Shown here: one piece after another, positions 12,182-24,052 of the stretch
Numbering within the stretch: the stretch's first letter is position 1
How the letters are laid out: each line of letters begins with the position of its first letter
NCBI GenBank assembly: GCA_976551045.1
Contig: CDPCPM010000045.1
Coordinates: 18,290,001-18,354,000 of the forward strand
DNA: 64,000 nt
Reading direction: 5' to 3'
Source: Glaucostegus cemiculus
Lineage: Eukaryota
Notes under the pieces: model-generated
Database searches by the model: none
What the model saw: the letters and a program-made list of their open reading frames with translations, nothing else
What the model was told of the DNA's origin: nothing
Made by a program: the position numbers and the translations under genes

Positions 12182-12699
12182 TCACAAATATTAAACCTAT
12201 ATTTTGTATTTGTCTTCATGATAGAACGTATTAAAAAATCTGGATGTAGTAGGAATGAAGAACTTAAAGAATTGATACTGGTAAAGAAATAGTACTGGGT
12301 CAAAAATTAACAAATGGCATAAGTGTGCCCAGAGTGGCTCAAGAACTCTCTGAAAGTGACTGCACCAAGCATTATTCCATCAGTGGTACTGGGATATATC
12401 CTTGAATTTTAATGTTTCTGCTGGGGATGATTTTTTTCTATTTGAACAGTTTTGTTGTAAGGTGAGGAGAAGAAATTGGTGCGTGTAACTGCAAGTGGTA
12501 GACAAAATAGATTTGAGAATTGTTGGTATAAGCTCAGGTTAAGGATAAGATCTTGGTTGGACACTGATTTCCTCCTCAAGGTTAGGAATGCTAAACTAGT
12601 TGATACCCTTGTTCCCGTTAAAAATCATTAGTTGCATTTGTCCATGTTATTCCCTTGGTTTGGAATCCTCTCTTTGTTCCCTAAAAAAAAAACAAGGGA

Positions 12700-13990
12700 T
12701 ACTTGAATATTCTAAGATGGATGGTGGATTTGGATATTCATCACCACGATATTTGGCTTGACAACATAAAATGCTATAGACATTTGTTGTTCTGTACAAA
12801 TATAGTCACCATTCTAAGATCTTTGCAGAATAATTTAATCCTGAACTTTTCTTCTTCACTGCACTCTGACTCTTGTCCACTCTCACCTCCGTGCAAATGC
12901 AGGGAGTTTATAGTCTTTATCCTTCAGACTGAGACCATCAATTCATCTGACTTCATAATTTTTCTCCCCTAACCTACCAAGTCAACCTTTCCTTACAGTT
13001 CCTTCTTGTCTTCATTGTTATCCTGAACTGGTTGGTTTCTCTCCTTTCATACAATACTGCTCCACTTCCAACTCCTCTTTCTGGTCCAGAATTTTTGGAT
13101 TTTGTTGTTGGCACCCAAATCCTTAAACCAAATTTGCTGCAACTCCAAAATTGAACCCCTCTGTTCAGTACTTAAGTAGCCGTGGTCAAAGTCACAAATG
13201 CATCCTAGAACAACAGTGATCATGTTAAACCATCCATCTTCATTCTTCTCGATCCAACTACAGTCTTCCACCATGCTTGATGATATCATACTCTCTAATT
13301 CCTCTGGAATGGCTTTTCTTTCCATACTGTTCCTAAGAATCCATTCTTGACTTTCTCATGGATATGCTTTCCTTTATTAATATCATCAGAAAATCCATCA
13401 GATTCCACATGTACACTGACGATACTCAGCTCCGGTTACCATGTAAAAAAAACCAAAGCCATTGTTTTCGTTGTCTTCACAAATTCCATTTTGTAGTTTT
13501 TGACTGTATCATTCTCACTGCCCTCTGTCTGAGATTAAACAGTAATGTTCAGAACCTTGGAATCCTTGTTGGTTTTGAGCTAGGTTTACAATTCCACCAT
13601 ATTGTTTCTATCCCACAAAGTTAATCTCCATCACCACCTGTGATCTGCCTAAGATCACTTGATGCTGAATCTATTAATTTTGTACCTTTTAAGCTCAGCT
13701 ATCTCCTGGCCTCTCCCTTCCCATTTTCTACTAGCATAAACCTGGGTCTCCTAACTTTTAACAGGTTTCTTTCAGTCATTACTCCTGTACTCACCGAGCA
13801 GTATGTCTCATTCTCATTTTCAATTCACAATTGGTAGCAATGCCTAGGTCATAAACTCTATAATTGCTTCCAAAAATACTCTTTATTTCTCTTCTTCTTT
13901 AGGGTGGTCTTTAAAACCTACTGGTTTGACTAAGCTATTGATCATCTGCCATGATATCTTTATTTAGCATGTTTTCTTTGATCATGGTCC
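12700..13990 (+). mobile_element. Decayed L2-like LINE
   Basis: FHMYTDDTQL (YADD-like) and NLGI motifs; similar pieces at ~14750-15120 and 36800-37230. Confidence 0.6.
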
Positions 13991-15349
13991 TGTGAAGCAT
14001 AAGAACATAAGAAGTAGGAGCAGGAGGAGCCATTTGACCCCTCAAGTCTGCCTGCCGTTCAATATGATCTTTTCTGATCTGCCCCAGATCTTGCCTTCTA
14101 TTCTGTTCCAATTCCACCTTGCTTCAATTCCCTGATCTTTCAGAAAAAAGTATCTATTTCCTCTATAAATACTTATAATTACTCCATAATCATCTGAGGT
14201 AGAGAATTTAAGCGATTTGCCACCTTCTGTGTTCCTGTGCACCTCAGTTTTAAATGACTTATCTCCTAATCTTGTAACTATGTCCCTTTGTTTGAGATTC
14301 TCCCACTAGTGAAAACACCTTGATGTTTGTGCTATCAAGCACACCCCCCCCCCCCCCCCATCAAGGATCTTGTGTGTCAATATAATCACCACTCATTCTT
14401 CTAAACTCCAAAGATATAGATTTATTTTTTTTGGCATGTGGATCATTTGTCATTGTTCAAGGCACTATGATATCCTATGTGATCATGACGAAGGCAATCC
14501 ATTACTCCTTGTCTACTGAAATTTGCATATATATAATCTTTGACTATCTTTTCTCACCAAGTGCACAAATTAGCAGCCATTCAATAAGATCATTGCTGTT
14601 GTGAATTTAACCACAGCTCTGCATTCCCATCCACCCATGTCCTTGCCGATCTATCTACCTCTGCCTTAAAAATATTCACATACCCTGCATACACTGCTCT
14701 TTGAGGAAGATTTTTTTTTGCTGGCCAAATTGGCTTTTGGTTAAGCAATTGTTTTGTCATTGTAATTCTCATTGCATTCTCCAATTTCTCCATGACCTCA
14801 ACACTGTCTGTCTCTTTCCTCCAGCATTACAAACCTCAAAAAAATGCACCCCATCCCCTCCTTCCCACCCCCAGTTTCTTGAGCATCCCCAATGTTACCT
14901 GTTGCCATGTCTTCAGCTGCCAAGGCTTTAACCTCTTGAATTCCCTCCCTTAAACTTCTCAGCCTTCCTGCTTCTCTATCTTTTCTGCTTTTAAAAGAAT
15001 TTTTAAAACCTTTCTCATTGGCCAAGCTTTTGGTCAATGTTTTGCTTGGCTCGGCAGCAGTTTTTGATTAATGACTCTGAAAAATACCTTTGATATTTTG
15101 CTACGTTAAAAGCACCATAGTAGCTTTTCATTATTATTGTTCCACTTCTTCTGGCCCCCTATCTGTTTACTACTCTGAAAAGAACAGTTCCACTGAACTC
15201 TGCTATAAAAATTTAATTCTGACAGATTGTTCCAGTTTCCCTAATAAACAAAGCCTCAAAATAAGATATTTACAGTAATTCAGTGAAGTTAACTTTATAG
15301 ACAGGCTAGCCTTGATCAGTAGCTAAACGATCTAATAGCAGTTTAATAA

Positions 15350-16790
15350 TACACAAAATGTGCTGGAGGAACTCAACAGGTCAGGCAGGATCAGTGGAGG
15401 GAAATAAACAGTCAACATTTTGGGCCGAGACGCTTCATCAGGACCAGAAAGGAAGAGGACAGAAGCTGGAATAAGAAGGTGGGGGGAGGGGGAGGAGCAG
15501 ATGCAGGCAGGGGATAGGTGAGTTCAGGTGATAGGCAAGTCCTGGTGAGAAGGGGAAGGAAGTGGGTGGGGGAGCAGGAGGAGATGTAATAAGTTGAGAG
15601 GTGATAGGTAGAAGAGGCCAAGGGTTGAAGAAAAAGGAATCTGGTATTGATATTGGTTTATTATTGTCACTTGTACTGAGGTACAGTGAAAAACCTGTCT
15701 TGCATACCAATCGTACAGGTCAATTCATTACACAGTGCAGTTACATTGAGTTAGTAAAGAGTGCATTGAGGTAGTACAGGTAAAAACAATAACAGTACCG
15801 CGTAAAGTGTCAGAGCTACAGAGAGAGTGCAGTGTAGGTAGGCAGTAAGTTGCAAGGTCACAACAAGGTAGACCGTGAGGTCAGAGTTCATCTCATCGTA
15901 TGAGTGATAACAGTTCAATAGTCTTATCACAGTGGGGTAGAAGCTGTCCTTAAGCCTGGTGGTACATGCCCTCAGTAGGAGAGGGCAGTGGATCATGGAA
16001 TAAAGGATGGGGATGGGGGAGGGGAGGAGAGGAGATGGGCAGGACTTCAAGGTGGGGGAAAGGAGCCATAGGAATAAGGGAAGACAAAGGAGTGGGGTGG
16101 GGGGGTGGGGAAAAGATGTTGAGGCCATCAAGTAGGGGACTCCAAAGGCGGAATATGAGGTGTTGTTCTTCCAACCTGTGCCTGGCGTCAACATGGCAGT
16201 AGAGGAGGCCATGGATAGACATGCCAGTATGGGAATGGGATGTGGAATTGTAGTGAGCGGCCACTGGGATGTCCTAGCTGTTGCGGCAGACGGAGTGAAG
16301 GTGCTCAACGAAGCAGTCATCCAATCTCCCAACCCATGTTGGGTCTCACTGATGTATAGGAGGCTGCACTGGGAGCACTGGATGCAGTAAATGACATCCG
16401 GACTCACAGGTGAAGTGCTGCCTCACCTGGAAGGATTGTTTGGGACCCTGAATGGTGGTGAGGGAGGTGGTGTAGGGACAGTGTAGCACTTGGTGCTGTT
16501 GCAGGCATAAGTGCTGGGGGGTTATTGGGGGGGTGGGGGTGGGTTGAGTGGACAAGGGACTTGCGGTCCCTTTGCAAAGCCAAGAGAGGGGCTGAGGGAA
16601 AGATGTGCCTGACAGTAGGATCCCGTTGGAGGTGGCGGAAGTTGCGGAGAATGATGTGTTGGATGCAGAGGCTCATGGGGTGGTAGGTGAGGTCAAGGGG
16701 AAAGCCTGTCCCTGTTATGTTGGCGGTGGGAGGGGGTGAGGGCAAATTTCGGGGAAGTGGAGGAGATATGGGTAAGGGCAGGGTGCATTG
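15350..16790 (-). mobile_element. Penelope-like element 3' part, with a nested Rex1-like tail (15643-15973)
   Basis: VIYCIQCSQCSLLYISETQ (GIY-YIG), H.NS.SHS and LEEQHLIFRL, followed by a pyrimidine-rich UTR and terminus. Confidence 0.85.
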
Positions 16791-17499
16791 CTCCAGATTC
16801 CAGCACCTGCAGAATTTCTTGTGTCAGCAGTTTAATAATGATGACTTTAGTTGGTTTCTGCCCTCTTTATTTAATGTTATTTCTTCTGAAATCAATGATC
16901 CTTGCAGGCTTGTCCAAGGATCTTGCTTACACCTTGTCCAAGTAGCTATTGTTAAGATTTGAACAGCGAGTACAGGCAATCTGTTCAACAGTAGAGGGCT
17001 CCACAGCTGAGCCTGCTCCTTTGTCACGATGTATGTAGCAGGGATTGCTGGATTATTTGTAATATTAAACCTTATCTAGTTGTAATATTCTATTACTTAT
17101 TGAGTTTGAATACACAAAAATTATATGCCTTCTATTCTGTTTGATTTTAGCCTCGTCACCTCAAATCCTGCTCCCTCCTCCCCTGGTGGATTTTTACTCG
17201 TACTTGCTAAGCAATCAGAGATGCTAATGCCCCCAGTTATGAACTTATTGCCACTCAATATAACTGAATTATGTTACATTATTGCAGCAATTGTTTGTAT
17301 GATTAGGAATTTGATTTCTGCTGTGGCAATTTAAGAAGTAAGTATGAAAATGAATAATGATATCAATATATCAAAAGAAACTTATCTGTTTGTGAATTGC
17401 AGCATGTACCCAAATGGACACCAAAGAAATAAACATTTTAATAATAGGATTAACTCAATCTGTTTTATATGTTCTTAATCGTGCATTTTTGCATTTCAG

Positions 17500-17698
17500 C
17501 AAACAGAGACCCAATTGCAAAGATTTTAGGCCCAAGTTTTGCTACAGTGGAAGGAGAGGACAGCTCAATGCTGCGTTTATTGGAAAAAGTGAAGAAAGGC
17601 AATGAAGAGCCTCAGGCTGAAGTTCAAATGAAATTATTTCTTCTTCTCCAGCAGCTGGATATGCAGCTTCTCAATACTTCTTTACAGAAAATTTCACA
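17500..17698 (+). CDS. ODAD2: ODAD2 coding exon 3
   Basis: Boundaries tttcag|CA and CA|gtaagt; encodes ANRDPIAKILG...EVQMKLFLLLQQLDMQLLNTSLQKIS; 199 nt. Confidence 0.95.
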
Positions 17699-18062
17699 GT
17701 AAGTATTACAACCTAAATGTTAGCACTTAATCTCTGATTATGTGAAAATGCTTATAGAAGAGAAGCATTGTCTGTTCTTCATATCAGATGATAAGAACAA
17801 ATAAATATCATAATTTGAGTTACTTGCTCCATTTATCTCAGAAAATTAATTTTGTTTTGTAATTATTCCTCTTCAGATTTTTTTTTTACATTCTCCATGT
17901 TCATACAAAGAATTAATTTTTGTAGCATTGTTCCTGATTTGATCAATATTGATCTTGGTCTACCTGCAAGGAAATTTGAGGGTGATTTAGTGTCTGCTTT
18001 ACTTCTGCCTGCCCTTCGTACCTGAAAGCATTTGACTTCTGCTTAGTTAATTCTCTTGATAA

Positions 18063-18352
18063 CACGGTAGTGTAGCAGTTAGCGTAACTCTACTACAGTG
18101 CTAGCAACTCGGGTTCAATTCCAGCTACTGTCGTAAGGGGTTTGTATGTTCTCCCCATGTCTGCATGGGTTTCCTCCGGGTGCTCCGGTTTTCTCCCACA
18201 TTCCAAAGACGTACAGGTTAGGAAATTGTGGGCATGCTATGTTGGCGCCAGAAACGTGGCGACACTTGTGAGCTGCTCACAGAACACTCTACGCAAAAGT
18301 TGCATTTCACTACATGTTTCGATGTACATGTGACTAATAAAGATATCCTATT
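18063..18352 (+). mobile_element. V-domain SINE with a non-CR1 3' tail
   Basis: tRNA-like head (GGTTCAATTCC B box) plus the core GTTCTCCCCATGTCTGCATGGGTTTCCTCCGGGTGCTCCGGTTT. Confidence 0.85.
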
Positions 18353-18559
18353 TAATTAAGTTTTAAGTAATTAGTGGGTAATAATGTTTATGGGTATTTT
18401 CTTTCTACATTGGAGAGAAGCTTACGTAATTTATAAAATTATCTTCTTGTTCGGAGATGGAAGAACATGGATCGACTAGAGCTAAGTCTACTTCCTTTTT
18501 TTTAAATTTAGCAAATATTTTTCCGTCAAATTTATGTTGAATTATGTCAGATGGATTTA

Positions 18560-19050
18560 TTTCAGCAATTTAATGGTACAGGTTTTGTTTCTTTGTATTT
18601 GTTTTTGCATTTAGCTTTGTATATTTTTGTTGTATGTCTTGTTGCTGACTTGGCTGACATTCCTAACTTTGCTTTGTTGTGATCATTATTATCGGTATAA
18701 ACTGTTGCTATCTATGAATAATTTTGTGCTGAAACCTCATATATTGGATGCCAGTTTATCCAGAATTGGTCCTGGCAATCCATACACTTTATTTCTTTCA
18801 TCTGGGTTTTTTCATTGGTATTTTGTTGTTTTGCCCATTGTTGGTTTCTTTGGCAATCTATACATAATATCTTCCATGTGCTCGTTGTGCATCTTGTCCA
18901 GTGTTGGGTGGGAGAGTGCTGTGGAGGGATTGTTTTTATGGCACATTGTCAGAGTTCTGTCCTTCTGTCTTTTTGATATTGCAGTCAAAGTACTTGTATC
19001 CATTGTTCTTTAACTAATGTTCATCAACACAGTTTCTGAATATGTTTATT
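18560..19050 (-). mobile_element. Highly decayed Penelope-like fragment (second family)
   Basis: LKNNGY and IMYRLP...MGKT resemble the Penelope RT C-terminus and GIY-YIG motifs; weak match. Confidence 0.3.
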
Positions 19051-19149
19051 GAGATCTAAAATCAAATTCTGCACAATCTGAGCCATCAGAATATTCTTAA
19101 GAGACAAAAAAAGTAGTTTTACAACACAAAAATTAAACTCTTCAGACCA

Positions 19150-22100
19150 GCATGTCTAATCCCATTTTCCAGCACTTATCCTGCAGCCTTCTATGCCTTG
19201 GCAATGCAAGTGCTCATCAAGATACTTCTTAATTGTTATGAGGGACTCTGCCTCCACCACCCCCTTAGGCAATAAGTTCAAAATTTCAACACTTTTTCAG
19301 TGAAAAAAAAATCTTCCTCAGATCCCCTCTGAAACTTTTACCCCTTAATGTAAACCTATGCCCTCTGGTTACATACACCTCTGTTTTGGGGAAGAGTTTC
19401 TCACGATCTACAAATATAGATAGATTAAGTGAGTGGGAAAGGGTCTGGAGTACAATATTAGTAAATGCGAGGTCTTCCACTTTGGAAGGAAAAATAGAAG
19501 ATCAATTATTATTTAAATGGTAAAAAATTGCAGCATGCTGTTGCGCTGAGGGACTTGGTAATGCTTGTGCATGAATTGCAAAAGGTTGGTTTGCAGGTGC
19601 AACAGGTTATTGATAAGGCAAATGGAATATTGGTCATTGCTAGAGGGATTGAATTTAAGAGCAGGGAGGTTATGCTGCAACTGTACAGGGTACTGATGAG
19701 GACACACCTGGAGTGCTGCCTGCAGTTCTAGTCTCCCTACTTGAGAAAAGATATACTGACTCCGGAGGCGGTGCAGAGGATGTTCACCGGGTTGATTCTG
19801 GGGATGAGGGGTTTAATCTATGAGGAGAGATTGAGTTGCCTGGGACCATACTTTGCTGGAATTCAGAAGAATGAGAGGGGATCTTATACAAACACATAAA
19901 AGGGATAGATAAGGTAGAGGCAGGAGAGTTGTTTCCATTGGTAGGTGAGACTAAAACCAGGGGACATAACCTCAAGATTTGGGGGAGTAGATTTAGGAGG
20001 AAGATGAGGAGGAACTGCTTTTCCCAGAGAGTAGTGAATCTGTGGAATTCTCTTCCCAAGGAAGCATAGAGGCTACCTCATTAAATATATTTAAGACACT
20101 ATTAGATAGATTTTTACATAGTAGGGGAAGTAAGGTTATGGGGAAAAGGCAGGTAGTTGGATCTGAGTCCATAGCCAGATCAACCATGATCTTATTGAAT
20201 GGCAGAGCAGGCTCTGCGGGCCAGATGGGCTACTCCTTCTCCTATTTCTAATGTTCTTATGTAACTTATCTATATCCCTCATAATTGTGTATTAATTAGG
20301 TCCTCCCTCAGCCTTCTCCAATCCAAGGAAAATAAACCCAGTCTATTCTGTCTCTTCTTACAATGAAATACTCCATCCTAGACAATATAGTGGTGAATCT
20401 CCTCTCTGAGGCAATGACATTCTTCCTGTAGAATGGCAACTATCATTGCATACAATACACCACCTGAGGCCCAACCAATGTCTTATAAAGTTGAAAATTA
20501 CCTCCCTGATAATATATTCCATACATTGGCTAATGAAGGCAATCCCATATGCCGCCTTTGCATCCTTATTGTGCTGTCATCTTCAGGGATCTTTGATCTT
20601 GGACACCAAGATCCCTCTGTTCCTCAATTCTCCCTATCATTTATTGAGCATATTCTAGGCTTATTAGTCCTCCCAAAATAAATCACTTCACACTTATCAG
20701 GATTAAATACCATCTGCCAATGCATCTTAATACTCATTAATATCATTCTGTAGCCGAAGACTACCCTCTTCGCTACCAACAACACAATTAATTTTAGCGT
20801 TATCCTGAGACTTGTCAATCATACCTCCTACTTTCATTCCTAAATCACTAACGTATGTAATAAACTCTAGGAGTTCCAGATCCTTGTGATACATTAGTGG
20901 CCACAGGACAGCATTCACAAAAAAATGCTCTGCTTCCTGTTATCAGGCCAATCTTAGTTTGTTTGCCAACTTGCCCTGGATCCCTCTTGCACTAGTCTCT
21001 CATGAGGAATCTTGTCAAAGACCTTATTGAGATCCACGTGGACTTCATCACCTGCACTGCCCTCATCAATGCAATTTGTTACTCCTTCAAAAAAAATTGA
21101 ATCAAAATGTTTAACAAAATCATGGTAATTATCTTTGATTAATCCCTGTTTTTACCAAGAGTTAGATTAATTCTGTCCCTCAGAATTTTTTCAGGTAACT
21201 TCTCTCCCACTGACTCACAGGCCAGTAATTGCCTGGCTTATCCTTGCTACCCTTCTTGAATAAAAAAAACATTTGCTATTCTATGATCTGCTGGCATCTC
21301 AGCAGTCAGCACCTTTTGCTTCCCATAGCAGCCTGGGAGGCATGTCATCAGGCCCTGGAGACATGGACATCTGATATATCTCTCTTTATAATGGTTCCAG
21401 AATTTCACCAACTCCCTTCCCTGAATTCTCCAACCACAATGTCCTCTTTAGTAAATTGAGATGAAAAATATTCATTTAAGTCCTCTCCCAAGTTCTCTGG
21501 TTGCATGCTCAGATTGCTCCTTTGGTTCCTAATTTAACTGCTGGAGCTCTACTCTTTGGTTATATACTCATAAAATGCTTTGAGATTTTCTTTAATCTTG
21601 TCTGACAGTGATACTATGTGCCTTCACTTTGCCCTCCTAATTTCATTTTTAAGTAACCCCTACACTTTCTATACTCTTGTCGGACCTGCCCTGATTTCAG
21701 CTCTCTATACTTGCCACATGCTTCCCTTTTTTTCCCCCACCAGTCATTGATATCTCTTGATATTTAGAGTTCTTTGGACTTGTTGTCCTTACTTTTCACT
21801 CTTAAGGAAACATGATGCCCTAAACTTTCATTATTTAATTTTTGAATGATTTCCATTTGTCCAGATTTCCATTTGTCCAGATGTAGACTTACCTGCAAAT
21901 AGTTTGCTTCAAGTCAAATTTGTCAGGTCCTGATATTGAAATATGGTATTGAAATTGGCCTTCCTTCCATTTGGGACTTAAATTTCAGGACCATCCTTCT
22001 CCTTTTCCAAACCTACAATGAAACTTAGAGGTACATTCACTACCCCTAAATGCTCTCCCTCTGAAACTCTACTTGTCCTGCTACCTTCCCTAAGATTCAG

Positions 22101-22640
22101 TTCATTACTGCTCTTTCTCCAATTGGATCATTTAAGTCCTGGTTCAAGAACTTTCATTATGGCACTTTAAGAATTCCAACCTTTCTAAGCCTTTCACGCT
22201 AACTTGATCTTATTCATATTGGCGAAACTGAAATTCTCGACTATCATAACCCTATTATTCTTACACCTCTTTGTGAGTTACTACATATCAGCTACACTAT
22301 CTCCTGCTGCCTATTAGGAGGTCTGTAGTTCACCCTCAGAAAATGATGCCCCCCCCCCTTTTGTTTCTAATCTCTACTGATGTGGATCATTTGTAGAGCA
22401 TTATAGGATATTCTCCCTCACTGCTGCAGTAATGATCTCCTTAATTAATACTGCAATGTTGTCATCTTTGTATTCTTCCCCCCCCACCAACCCCTCACAT
22501 CATGTCCATAGATTCTATACCCTGGAATACTGAATTGTCAGACTTCCTCTTCTTTCAACCATGTCTCTATGATAGCAAAATTATCATATTCCCATGAGGT
22601 AATTGATGCTCTTAGTTCATCTGTTTTACTGGTTAGACTT
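19150..22640 (-). mobile_element. Long decayed CR1 ORF2 copy with a nested, younger CR1 3' part (+, 19411-20262)
   Basis: The host tail ...ctcacgatcta|cttatctatatccctcataa... is split by the insert. The insert reads QVIDKANG..EFKSREVMLQLYRVL.R.HLE and ends ttcttatgt. Endonuclease motifs lie near 22560-22630. Confidence 0.75.
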
Positions 22641-23407
22641 ACCAGCCTTACTAATGTGACTTAAATGCCTTGTTGTTACAGGCTGAATGTATGGGTAGAA
22701 TTGAAACTGCTGCTGGATAAAATGTTACACAGGCTTCTTGTCCAAACGGACAGACCATTTTGGAAATTTGGCATAACCATGGGTGGCCATTTTCATTTTT
22801 AGGTTGGCAAGTTGAATGACTTTTGCTGCATAATAAAGACAATGATAAAGTTTTTGTGGTTTTTTTTTGAACAAGTGACTGCTTAGTAACTAAACTTATT
22901 TTCGGTAGTGCTTTCTATGATATGACAGGAAATCTGTCTGGTGTGATATCCTCCCTTGATGAATAAAATATGACAAGTTTTAAACTCTTTTGAAAGAAAT
23001 CACTTCTTATTACTTGTAGGTCTGTTACAATATCAGGAATTTAGATACATTTCTGTTTTTAATTGTTGAAATTACTGCATGCTATATTTTATGCAGAGCC
23101 AAGGTTTATGAATATTTGGTATAGACAGTTTGTATATTCAAGTTTTGGCACAGCTTGTGAGGTCTTGGCTATATTATACTTTACAGATCTTGCAAATATC
23201 CGGCTTGCCCAACATATTTTTGTGGGTATTTTTTCCAGATGTTGCAGTAATGCATTTTTGAGTAAAATATTTGGTGCTGATTTAATACACAGAAAATAAA
23301 ATCTGGAACTAACTGAATAAAGGAAATGGTAGAATTGAACAGAAGGTGATTTAATTATATTTTCATAGTTTGCTTTCTCTTTTCCCCCTTTTTTTGGAAA
23401 AAAAAAG

Positions 23408-23514
23408 AGAAGTGCGGCTGAGCCCTCAGGCTATAAAGAATGATGTGCAATTGCTCCAGTCTTTCTCTGGTGAAGAAGACAAGTCCGTTTTAAAATCTAT
23501 CAGCTACACATCAG
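23408..23514 (+). CDS. ODAD2: ODAD2 coding exon 4
   Basis: Boundaries aaag|A and G|gtattt; encodes EVRLSPQAIKNDVQLLQSFSGEEDKSVLKSISYTS; 107 nt. The acceptor is atypical (see findings). Confidence 0.9.
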
Positions 23515-23659
23515 GTATTTATGCAGAGAACTGAATCATTTCGGAACTACCACATAAAGGATTTTCAACTGAATAATGAAAGCTGCACAGAGCTTTACCC
23601 AAGAAGATTGTGGTGTGATTTTAACATAAACATAATTTCTGCTTGATTGTGTTTTGTAG

Positions 23660-23796
23660 AATATGAATTTTCAAATGGATGCAGAGCCCCACCATGGAGG
23701 CAGGTATATGGAGACATTTGCTACCTCATGATTATTACTCATGACACGGATGTCTTGTATGTCACCTGTAGCACAGCTGGAGTTTTTGAAAATGGG
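23660..23796 (+). CDS. ODAD2: ODAD2 coding exon 5
   Basis: Boundaries ttttgtag|AA and GGG|gtaagt; encodes [45 protein letters not shown]; 137 nt. Confidence 0.96.
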
Positions 23797-23929
23797 GTAA
23801 GTAAAATGAAACTAAATATTTTTGACCATTTCATTTCTTGGAAAATTTCATATATAAAAATACATTACTATTAAAATTCTCAAACCATAACACCAGTTCT
23901 GCATTATATCATTCATTCTGATTAATTAG

Positions 23930-24052
23930 GGTTTTAAGAAGGACAGTGAAGATATCATCTATGACAGAAAAGGAGATATTTACAAGGATCTTATTACATT
24001 TCTCAAAGAAAAATCTCCTACCTTTGCAGAAAATCTTACTCAGATTCAACAG
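23930..24052 (+). CDS. ODAD2: ODAD2 coding exon 6
   Basis: Boundaries ttag|GGT and CAG|gtaaaa; encodes GFKKDSEDIIYDRKGDIYKDLITFLKEKSPTFAENLTQIQQ; 123 nt. Confidence 0.93.

Noticed and set aside
15751-16407. 218-aa minus-strand ORF
   Set aside because: It is a chimera of a frameshifted Penelope GIY-YIG segment and a nested Rex1-like 3' end.
18627-19013. 128-aa hydrophobic ORF resembling a membrane protein
   Set aside because: It has a non-ATG start and no convincing splice context; it is the T-rich antisense of an A-rich decayed element.
21848-21882. 16-bp tandem duplication (also a 19-bp one at 49591-49630)
   Set aside because: These are local slippage events inside decayed CR1 copies; there are no spacers, so they are not CRISPR-like.
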